Shown in pieces: positions 19,361 to 26,128 of a stretch of DNA of 32,000 nucleotides. The notes beneath the pieces are model-generated. The model was not told where the DNA came from. It made no database searches and saw only the letters and a list, made by a program, of their open reading frames with translations. This DNA comes from an uncultured Chloroflexia bacterium (GTDB lineage Bacteria; Chloroflexota; Ktedonobacteria; Ktedonobacterales; JADMIN01), in the NCBI GenBank assembly GCA_963718915.1, contig CAVRAI010000009.1, positions 180,001 to 212,000 on the forward strand. Direction: 5' to 3'. The first letter of the stretch is position 1. Every line of letters begins with the position of its first letter. The position numbers were made by a program, and so were the translations under genes.

Positions 19361-19987
19361 GTGAGACATCGGATGGCGGGCAACCGCATCAATATGCCGG
19401 AACCGCGGCGGCGCGCGGCGGTTCGGAGTATGGTGGATGGGCTGTTCATCTGGGAACACATCAACACCACCGACGCCAGGGCAAAGGTGGCGCAGGGCGA
19501 GGCCGAGCGGTTGATCGCCATCGCCATTCGCGGCCACAAGCGCTCCTGGGAGCATCTGAACGCCGTCGTGCCTGATAGTGAGACGGCGGAGCGGGTGCTG
19601 GAGCTGGCTCGTCGCGGGCGCTTCTCGCTCGACGAGTCGGTTCCGAGCAACGAGGAACGCGCCCAGGAGGGCAAGTATCCGCTCAGCCCGGATGCGCGCA
19701 AGCGCAAAGAAGATCGGCTCGCCGCGCTCAAGAAAGAGATGCTCGGCATCATCAAAGATCACGACGAGGCGCAAGCCGCCCTGACCGCCGCACGCGAGGC
19801 GATGGCCATCGAGCTGCACGCGCGCCGCATGATTCTCAAGCGGCTGCCGCGCGAGACGACAGTGAAGAAGATTTTCGAGCTGCTCGTGCCGAAGTATTCG
19901 GGGCGCCATGGTGGCTATACGCGCATCACCAAGCTGGGTACCCGGCGTGGCGACGCCGCTCTGATCGTCAAACTCGAACTGGTCTAG
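19361..19987 (+). CDS. rplQ: 50S ribosomal protein L17 with ~90-aa internal insertion
   Basis: GTG 19361 gives (M)[10 protein letters not shown].... The C-terminus [28 protein letters not shown] is canonical. The middle ~19535-19804 has no counterpart in the typical ~120-aa L17. Confidence 0.9.
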   Translation: MRHRMAGNRINMPEPRRRAAVRSMVDGLFIWEHINTTDARAKVAQGEAERLIAIAIRGHKRSWEHLNAVVPDSETAERVLELARRGRFSLDESVPSNEERAQEGKYPLSPDARKRKEDRLAALKKEMLGIIKDHDEAQAALTAAREAMAIELHARRMILKRLPRETTVKKIFELLVPKYSGRHGGYTRITKLGTRRGDAALIVKLELV

Positions 19988-20022
19988 TTCACTCTAGCCC
20001 TGGTCTGGAGGTCTGCCATCGC

Positions 20023-20871
20023 ATGCGGCTGGCTGCGCTCGTTGCCTATGATGGCACAGACTTCAAGGGGTTCCAGCGCCAGGTGGCTGAACGCGGACGC
20101 ACGGTGCAGGGCTGCCTGGAAGACGCGCTGGCGCGGCTGACCGGTGTCGCAACTTCAGTAGAGGGCGCGGGCCGCACCGATAGCGGTGTCCATGCCAGCG
20201 GGCAGGTGATTACCTTCTCGTCGGACGCCAGCCATCGCGAGGCCACCTGGCTCCGGGCGCTCAATGCGCTCTTGCCAGCGGATATCGCGGTGCGGGCGGT
20301 GCGGCGAGTGGATGACGGCGTGCACGCGCGCAAGAGTGCGCTGGCGCGGAGTTATCGCTATCGCCTGCTGTGCGATCTGGTGCGCGCGCCGCTACGCGAG
20401 CGGTACGCCTGGCGCGTTCGCCAGCGGCTGGATGTCGCGGCGATGCGTGTGGCGACTGGGCGATTGCTCGGCGAGCACGATTTTGGCGCGTTCGGTTCCA
20501 GCCCGCGCGATAGCCGCGCGGACGGCTACCGGGGGCATACGGTGCGGACGCTGCTCCAGGCGGAGTGCGATTGGATCGCGCCAACGTATGAGCCAGCGGG
20601 CGATGCGCCGCCGGATGAGGTGGAGTGTTGCTTTACGGCGAATGCGTTTCTGACGGGTATGGTCCGACGGCTGGTCGGCACGCTGGCGCTGGTTGGCGGC
20701 GGGCGGTTATCAGTGGATGACTTCCAGCGGATACTGGAGGCACGCGCGAAGGCGCATCCGGGGATTCTCGCGCCCGCGCAGGGACTTTGCCTGACGGGCG
20801 TTCACTACCCTGCGGGCCTGATTGACTGGAGTGTCACCGAGGTGGCGGCGCCGGAAGTGTCAGGCGCGTAG
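20023..20871 (+). CDS. truA: tRNA pseudouridine(38-40) synthase TruA
   Basis: MRLAALVAYDGTDFKGFQRQ...GAGRTDSGVHASGQV (catalytic Asp motif)...YRY. Conserved position before rplM. Confidence 0.92.
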   Translation: MRLAALVAYDGTDFKGFQRQVAERGRTVQGCLEDALARLTGVATSVEGAGRTDSGVHASGQVITFSSDASHREATWLRALNALLPADIAVRAVRRVDDGVHARKSALARSYRYRLLCDLVRAPLRERYAWRVRQRLDVAAMRVATGRLLGEHDFGAFGSSPRDSRADGYRGHTVRTLLQAECDWIAPTYEPAGDAPPDEVECCFTANAFLTGMVRRLVGTLALVGGGRLSVDDFQRILEARAKAHPGILAPAQGLCLTGVHYPAGLIDWSVTEVAAPEVSGA

Positions 20872-20916
20872 CTGGTGGGAGCACAAACAGTTGTGCGAAT
20901 GGAGAGAAGAGCAGAT

Positions 20917-21429
20917 ATGAATCCGAAGACGTATAGCGCCAAGCGCGATGATCTCGATCCGCGCTGGTACGTGATCGACGCCGAGAACAAGGTGCTGGGG
21001 CGGCTGGCGACCGAGATCGCTCAGGTCTTGCGTGGCAAGTTCAAGCCGACCTATACCCCGCATATGAACGGCGGCGACTTCGTCATCGTCGTCAACGCCG
21101 CGAAGGTGGCTGTGACTCGTGGCCGCGAGGACAAGAAGGTCTACTATCGCCACTCCGGGTATCCCGGCGGCCTAAAGGAAGAGACGCTGCGTCAGGCGCT
21201 TGAGAAACATCCCGAGCGCGTCATCGAGCGCGCGGTGAAGGGCATGCTGCCCCACAACCATCTGGGCGCCGATATGCTGCGCCGGTTAAAGGTCTATGGC
21301 GGCCCGGATCACCCGCACGAAGCGCAACAGCCAAAGGCCTGGGAACGCCCGACGGCGGAGGCGATTCTCGCGGAGCAGGCCACTGCCGAGACGGCGGCTG
21401 AGGCTGAAGAGGCGACGGCGAAGAAGTAG
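20917..21429 (+). CDS. rplM: 50S ribosomal protein L13 with Ala/Glu-rich C-terminal tail
   Basis: ATG 20917: MNPKTY...RWYVIDAENKVLGRLATEIAQVLRGKFKPTYTPH..GDFVIVVNA canonical L13. Confidence 0.94.
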   Translation: MNPKTYSAKRDDLDPRWYVIDAENKVLGRLATEIAQVLRGKFKPTYTPHMNGGDFVIVVNAAKVAVTRGREDKKVYYRHSGYPGGLKEETLRQALEKHPERVIERAVKGMLPHNHLGADMLRRLKVYGGPDHPHEAQQPKAWERPTAEAILAEQATAETAAEAEEATAKK

Positions 21430-21469
21430 CCACGAGTTATAGCTGGCAATCATCTGGAGGAAAGACACC

Positions 21470-21874
21470 TTGGCAGAGAATCTTGGGCCGTACTTCTACG
21501 GCACGGGGCGGCGCAAGACCGCCGTGGCGCGCGTGCGCCTGCATCCCAACGGCGACGGACGCATCATCGTCAATGGTCGCGAGGCCGGTGAGTATTTTGG
21601 CCGTGAGGTGCTGATGATGCAGGTGCGTGCCCCGATGCGCCTGCTGGATATCGGCGGCCAGTTCACGATTTCAGTGAAGGTCGTTGGCGGCGGCGTGAGC
21701 GGCCAGGCTGGCGCGATTCGCCACGGACTGGCGCGCGCGCTGGTGCGGCTGGACGAGGCGAACAAGCCCGCGATGCGCAAGGCTGGCTTCCTGACGCGCG
21801 ACCCGCGCATGAAGGAACGCAAGAAATACGGCCTCAAGCGCGCCCGCAAAGCTCCGCAGTACACGAAGCGGTAA
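21470..21874 (+). CDS. rpsI: 30S ribosomal protein S9
   Basis: TTG start after [22 protein letters not shown]...[19 protein letters not shown]...[25 protein letters not shown]. Confidence 0.95.
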   Translation: MAENLGPYFYGTGRRKTAVARVRLHPNGDGRIIVNGREAGEYFGREVLMMQVRAPMRLLDIGGQFTISVKVVGGGVSGQAGAIRHGLARALVRLDEANKPAMRKAGFLTRDPRMKERKKYGLKRARKAPQYTKR

Positions 21875-21897
21875 TTGCGCCTGGGCACAGACAGAAC

Positions 21898-21936
21898 AAT
21901 ACCCCCTCCCGATGGCGGCAGGGGGTATTTGTGTTG
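21898..21936 (+). terminator. Rho-independent terminator of the rplM-rpsI unit
   Basis: Perfect 10-bp stem AATACCCCCT (21898-21907) with AGGGGGTATT (21920-21929), 12-nt loop, then TGTGTT. Confidence 0.75.
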
Positions 21937-21959
21937 CTGGCTGGCGGTTAAAACCGCAC

Positions 21960-22160
21960 CTGAATGGCCTGCTGCCGCGCGGCTGGGTGGTCGAGCGGAC
22001 TTTCGCCTGGATTGGGCGCAATCGGCGGATGAGCAAGGACTACGAATTCCTGCCCACCACCAGTGAGACCTGGGTCTATCTGAGCATGGTGTGTCTGATG
22101 CTCAAACGCCTGACACACGAGCAGGTGCAAACGACCTTCCATTACCGCCGGGTGGCGTAA
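21960..22160 (+). mobile_element. IS5/IS4-type (DDE_Tnp_1-like) transposase, C-terminal remnant only
   Basis: [51 protein letters not shown] matches the conserved (R)[17 protein letters not shown] tail of IS5-family transposases. No N-terminal or catalytic region precedes it, because the upstream sequence is the rpsI terminator. Confidence 0.7.
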
Positions 22161-22202
22161 ACCCGGATGTAAACCCCGAAAGTAGGCCTTTGTGTACAGC
22201 CT

Positions 22203-22634
22203 TTAGGGCTGGATGAGGTGTGGAACATAATAGGTGCGCAGATCCGGGAGTCCTCCACTCGAGATCTCGTACTGTTCACCACAAACAGGGAGGGTAGCTA
22301 CTGTCTCAAGTGTCAAGCCATGCCAGAGGAACACATACGAGGCACTATAGTAGCTCAATGGAGCACACGTACCCGGCCCTTGGCCAAACAGCAGTTTTCC
22401 CGATGGCGTTGCTGTCGCGGCCGCGTGCCACCGAGCGACCGTCGCAGGGTCGGTGATCGTGCCAGACTTTGTGATGGCAGGGCCGCCGTTGTTGGTAAGT
22501 TGTGTCTCGTAGTGTACCGCGTCTGGCGTGAGCAGCCGCACACCGATCTCGAATACGGCAACCAACGCAACAATGAGGAGAGCCATCGCCACGAGTTTCC
22601 GAAGCCAGTTGCGTCGGGAGGCTACCGATTGCAT
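22203..22634 (-). CDS. Hypothetical N-terminally membrane-anchored protein (143 aa)
   Basis: RRNWLRKLVAMALLIVALVAVFEIGV is a positive-inside TM anchor, followed by a ~110-aa extracytoplasmic domain with 2 Cys. AAGGGTGGA RBS. No family recognised. Confidence 0.55.
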   Translation of the reverse strand: MQSVASRRNWLRKLVAMALLIVALVAVFEIGVRLLTPDAVHYETQLTNNGGPAITKSGTITDPATVARWHAAATATPSGKLLFGQGPGTCAPLSYYSASYVFLWHGLTLETVATLPVCGEQYEISSGGLPDLRTYYVPHLIQP

Positions 22635-22726
22635 CTCTCAGATCCACCCTTCTCTTTGACGATGCAGCAATGGCGACACTGCGTCACCACTGCTGCTCCA
22701 TCGGCCGGCCCTATGCCTGTTACCTG

Positions 22727-23737
22727 TTAGCAGTATGATGTGCCAGAGTTGTGGTAAAACGTCGCGAAGCTGTTCCCGCCCGACACAGTGGAATTGTCGG
22801 AAAGGTCAACACCATTTTGATACATATTCAGCTCAGCGTGCGAAAAGTACGTGAGCGGCTCGTTTACGTCGTTGGCATAGTTGCTGGATGCAGCACTTAA
22901 GGACCACCAAGAAACCGTGCCAAACGGCGTAAGCGCCCAGTTCTTGTTAGTGCCACAGCTTGTCCTCTCCACGATCCACTCGGCACTGTTGTTGCTAGGA
23001 ACAAAAGACTTGCTTGTCGACCAGTACTGCCCGTTGACATAATTGTACATGTACACGTACGACTTGCCCGGAACTGTCTGGTTGTAGTCCAAGGCTACGT
23101 AGACGGAATCGCCACATGCGACAGCGGGTCCGGCGTAGATGATGTTGGACCCAGGAACATATTCGTACCAGAACCGATAACCGTTCGCATGGTCTGTTTC
23201 TGTTCCAGCTTGCCAGAGGTTGCTAGAGTTGTAGCCTCCCAGTCCGATCCATTCCAGCGCGCGCTGTGAATTGCTTGTGCCCGAATAGCACGGCACATCC
23301 CACTCACCATTGATGAAATTAAACCCGCTCGCCGTGTCGGCATACCCCGACCAGTAGTCCCCGTTAGTTCCAGCGGTGCCAATGCCGGCGTGCGTGGAGA
23401 GTGTGTCAGTATGATACTTGCTGACAACCTCACCGCCGCAAATTCGTTGGCGAACATGTTGCATATTATCTACCCACGTCTGGTATGCTGGACCTTCGCT
23501 GGCATGCGGCAGCGGCAACCCGTAGAAGCGAAGTTGGGCTGCTGTAGCAGTTGTAGGATCCCAGCCCGTGGGCGGGCTCGGACACTCGCGACTTCCTGAA
23601 TACGTGAAACTGTCACCACTGCCGTTTTGCGACCGTGATGCTGCAAGAGCCTTCGGTGCAACTGTACTACCAACACCAATCGCTACAAAGCTCAGCGCCA
23701 GCGCCAAGAGTACTTTCATTGTACGTTTCGTCCCCAT
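22727..23737 (-). CDS. Secreted peptidase, G1 (eqolisin / scytalidoglutamic peptidase, Pfam Peptidase_A4-like) family candidate
   Basis: Signal peptide MGTKRTMKVLLALALSFVAIGVGSTVAPKALAAS after an AAAGGAG RBS. Motif series YWSGY / EWIGLGG / LWQAGT / FWYEYVP / AEWIVER parallels NWGGA / AWVGIDG / ILQTG / AWYEWYP / AEFIIED of scytalidoglutamic peptidase as I recall it. This includes candidate catalytic Gln (codon 23212-23210) and Glu (22969-22967). Confidence 0.7.
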   Translation of the reverse strand: MGTKRTMKVLLALALSFVAIGVGSTVAPKALAASRSQNGSGDSFTYSGSRECPSPPTGWDPTTATAAQLRFYGLPLPHASEGPAYQTWVDNMQHVRQRICGGEVVSKYHTDTLSTHAGIGTAGTNGDYWSGYADTASGFNFINGEWDVPCYSGTSNSQRALEWIGLGGYNSSNLWQAGTETDHANGYRFWYEYVPGSNIIYAGPAVACGDSVYVALDYNQTVPGKSYVYMYNYVNGQYWSTSKSFVPSNNSAEWIVERTSCGTNKNWALTPFGTVSWWSLSAASSNYANDVNEPLTYFSHAELNMYQNGVDLSDNSTVSGGNSFATFYHNSGTSYC

Positions 23738-23774
23738 GTTCGGGATGGCTCCTTTTTCTACATGGATCACTACC

Positions 23775-23980
23775 AATCGAGGGTCTTCCTGCCAACCGAG
23801 TAATCGAGGGTCTTCCTGCCAACCGAGTAATCGAGGGTCTTCCTGCCAACCGAGTAATCGAGGGTCTTCCTGCCAACCGAGTAATCGAGGGTCTTCCTGC
23901 CAACCGAGTAATCGAGGGTCTTCCTGCCAACCGAGTAATCGAGGGTCTTCCTGCCAACCGAGTAATCGAGGGTCTTCCTG
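23775..23980. repeat. Perfect 27-bp tandem repeat, 7 full copies + 17 bp
   Basis: + strand unit AATCGAGGGTCTTCCTGCCAACCGAGT begins at 23775, 23802, 23829, 23856, 23883, 23910, 23937 and 23964. I can see no mismatches. Confidence 0.95.
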
Positions 23981-24015
23981 CTTTCCGCTTATTGATGAGT
24001 TAATTCGATGGGCAA

Positions 24016-24044
24016 AGCATACATACATTTCTTCAAGATGTCAA
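24016..24044 (-). promoter_or_regulatory. Putative sigma70-type promoter of the peptidase gene
   Basis: Minus strand TTGACA (24044-24039), 17 nt spacer, TATGCT (24021-24016). It lies upstream of the 27-bp array. Confidence 0.45.
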
Positions 24045-24120
24045 TAGGCGATTCAAGATAGCGTGAATTGCCGACAAGTTCAGCGCATCTGATTATGATA
24101 TCCATCTTGTAGCAAGTTCA

Positions 24121-24157
24121 GCAAAGTAAAAGCTCCTGACCAGTGATGGCCAGGAGC
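24121..24157 (-). terminator. Rho-independent terminator of the TPR/membrane protein gene
   Basis: Minus strand GCTCCTGGCC-atcact-GGTCAGGAGC (9/10 pairs, 24157-24132) followed by TTTTACTTTGC. It lies 30 nt after the stop at 24187. Confidence 0.6.
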
Positions 24158-24186
24158 AGCTGATAGGGTGACGTAGAAACGCGGTG

Positions 24187-25443
24187 TTATCTGGCGCGGC
24201 GGCCCTCGAAGCGCGCCAGCAGACGCGGCCAGAAGTAGGCTGCCAGCGCGCCCAGGATCAGCGCGACCGAGCCGGTGATGGAAAGGGCATTCGGGTCGAA
24301 CCAATTCTTGTTTTGGAAGACGTTGACCGCCAGCAACTGGAAGAGCCAGAGCGCCAGCGCGAAGCCGCCGATCACCGCGAAGCCGATGGCGGCGATAGTT
24401 GTCATGCGCGCCTGCGGGTCACGCGGCAGGATGGAACCCTGGAGCGTGCGCACCGAGAAGAACGCGAAGAAGCCAACCATCGCCAGCACCAACACCGAGA
24501 CAAGCCAGCCGCCAACCGCCGGAATGTTCCCGATGCCGAAGAGAATCAGGAAGGCGATCACGACCAGGATGCCGACCAGCACATAGGGCGCGCGCGTGCC
24601 AAAGGGGCTGAGCGCCATATTGACACCCGCCAGCGCCGGGGCCGCCCAGAGCAGCCGCCCGTTGAGCCGCTGCGCCGTCAGATACTCGCCGTAGGAGCGC
24701 CGCCACTGGCGCTTCTTGAAGTAGATGCGCCCGCGCAGACTGTGCGTATTGGCGCTATTGAGCGTCGGATTCTGCCGCTCGGCGGAGTCGAGCGCGTCAA
24801 TGGCGTCATCATAACGCCGCACGTCGACGAGCGCGTTCGCCTTGATAACCTCCGCCTGGGCCAGCGCGCCCGGACCGAGCGTCGTCCGGCCATAGCGAAT
24901 CGCCGAGTCGGTCGCCTGCACCGCGCCCGCCGGGTCTTTATCGCTCATCAGGATAACGGCGCGCATCAGGTGCGCGTTGGGCGAGCGCGGATCGAGGCGG
25001 CAGGCCTCTTCGATCTCGGCGCGCGCCACTTTGAAGTCGCGTTTGGAGGCCATCACCTCGGCCAGCTGCACATGCGCGTTGGCGTTGCGCGGGGCAAGCT
25101 GGATCGCCCGGCGCGCCGTCTCCTCAGCCTCGGGCGGGATACGGAAGCCGCTCTGCTGGGTCAGCGCGGCGGAAAGCGAGAGTAGCGCATCGACATTTTT
25201 GGGCTGCTCGCGCACCACCCGGCGGATTTCGGCGAGCGCCTCGGTGTTACGCCGCAGTTGCAGTAAAATCTGCCCCAGCAGCAGGCGCGCCGAGGCATCG
25301 TCGGGGCGGCGTTCCAGTTGTTTACGTGTCAGCCGCTCGGCCTCCACCGCATCGCCGTTGGCCAGCGCCAGCTTGGCCTTGCCCAGCGGGCCAGCGGGAA
25401 CCATACTGGCGCCCTGGTTGCCGCGAAACGACATTCGATTCAT
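24187..25443 (-). CDS. TPR-repeat protein with C-terminal multi-pass membrane domain
   Basis: The N-terminal ~250 aa are helical TPR-like repeats (AEAERLTRKQLERRPDDASARLLLGQILL..., NAHVQLAEVMASKRDFKVARAEIEEACRLDP...). The C-terminal part has about 4-5 hydrophobic helices (YVLVGILVVIAFLILFGIG, WLVSVLVLAMVGFFAFF, IAAIGFAVIGGFALALWLF, ITGSVALILGALAAYFW). Start chosen at ATG 25443 (MNRM). The N-terminus is uncertain, since the ORF is open to GTG 25551. Confidence 0.7.
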   Translation of the reverse strand: MNRMSFRGNQGASMVPAGPLGKAKLALANGDAVEAERLTRKQLERRPDDASARLLLGQILLQLRRNTEALAEIRRVVREQPKNVDALLSLSAALTQQSGFRIPPEAEETARRAIQLAPRNANAHVQLAEVMASKRDFKVARAEIEEACRLDPRSPNAHLMRAVILMSDKDPAGAVQATDSAIRYGRTTLGPGALAQAEVIKANALVDVRRYDDAIDALDSAERQNPTLNSANTHSLRGRIYFKKRQWRRSYGEYLTAQRLNGRLLWAAPALAGVNMALSPFGTRAPYVLVGILVVIAFLILFGIGNIPAVGGWLVSVLVLAMVGFFAFFSVRTLQGSILPRDPQARMTTIAAIGFAVIGGFALALWLFQLLAVNVFQNKNWFDPNALSITGSVALILGALAAYFWPRLLARFEGRRAR

Positions 25444-25760
25444 AAGGGTGTCTTCGTCCTTCTCCCCCCGGCGCCATCCGCGACAGTGAGGACACTGCAT
25501 GATGCAGGGAAAATAACAGCGCGCATCCACCAGGCATGCGTTGGGGCGCACATCACCTACTATTATACTCTTTGAGAGGATGGAGCGGAATCTTTCCGGG
25601 CCTAAAGCCTCAGGAGCGCCGCATTGGATGAGAGGCGCAATCCAGATTCATCACACAACCTTTGCCCGGCGCGCATCCTATCGCCAGACTCGCCAGATTA
25701 GCATCAGGGGCTAGCGTCAGGCGCGCCGCATGATCTCCGCAGTACCTGGCCGTGATTGCC

Positions 25761-25804
25761 GCAGAACACGCGCAGCATTTACGCAGGATATGCGCAGGAT
25801 GTGA
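25761..25804 (+). repeat. Four tandem degenerate 11-bp units (GCAGnnnnnnn)
   Basis: gcagaacacgc / gcagcatttac / gcaggatatgc / gcaggatgtga. This is the inverted counterpart of the array at 26003-26112. Confidence 0.55.
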
Positions 25805-26002
25805 GGAAGTTTGGCGCCGCCGGAACCCAGATGGCGTGGCGCGTGGGGCATGGTGAGGAACCAGAGGATATTTACAGGGTGATGTCGGAACGGCGGCGCA
25901 CGGAAAGAATTATGCGGCGTCAGGCGTCCCAGAGAGAGATGGATGCGACGCCAGGGATGCCGCCAGCATCTATCCCAGGTCTATCTCAGGTGCGCCCGCA
26001 TC

Positions 26003-26112
26003 GTGCATGTTTCTTGCGTATATCCTGCGTATATCATGCGCGTTTCTCGCGTGTTCCTCGCATAGTTCTCGCATATTCCGGGCATAGCGCGGGCATTGCG
26101 GCAGGCATTGCA
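26003..26112 (+). repeat. About ten tandem degenerate 11-bp units with GC(A/G)T at fixed phase
   Basis: gtGCATgtttc ttGCGTatatc ctGCGTatatc atGCGCgtttc tcGCGTgttcc tcGCATagttc tcGCATattcc ggGCATagcgc ggGCATtgcgg caGGCATtgca. The array ends 17 bp before the ATG at 26129. Confidence 0.65.
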
Positions 26113-26128
26113 GAAAAGAGTGATTCCC

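Noticed and set aside
21912-22160. 82-aa ORF as an intact small gene
   Set aside because: Only the last ~65 aa resemble a transposase C-terminus. The first ~16 codons overlap the rpsI terminator hairpin. It is interpreted as an IS remnant, not a functional gene.
23775-23980. Possible CRISPR array
   Set aside because: The repeats are directly abutting, with no spacers. No cas genes or leader are present in the window.
23738-24028. N-terminal extension of the peptidase ORF through the repeat, giving MYVCFAHRINSSISGK(QEDPRLLGW)x7...
   Set aside because: Most frames stay open through the repeat: only one + frame has a TAA and I found no stop triplet in the minus-strand unit. Being open is therefore uninformative. 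The ATG at 24028 lies inside the spacer of the best promoter match. A good RBS precedes ATG 23737. The extension would place a classical signal peptide 97 aa from the N-terminus. It is kept as an alternative in the finding.
24075-24122. Direct repeat CAAGTTCAGC x2 (24075-24084 and 24113-24122), plus TTCAAGAT x2 (24032-24039 and 24052-24059) upstream of the peptidase promoter
   Set aside because: The repeats are real but short, with only two copies each. They could be operator half-sites or chance in an AT-richer stretch. The support is not enough for a separate claim.
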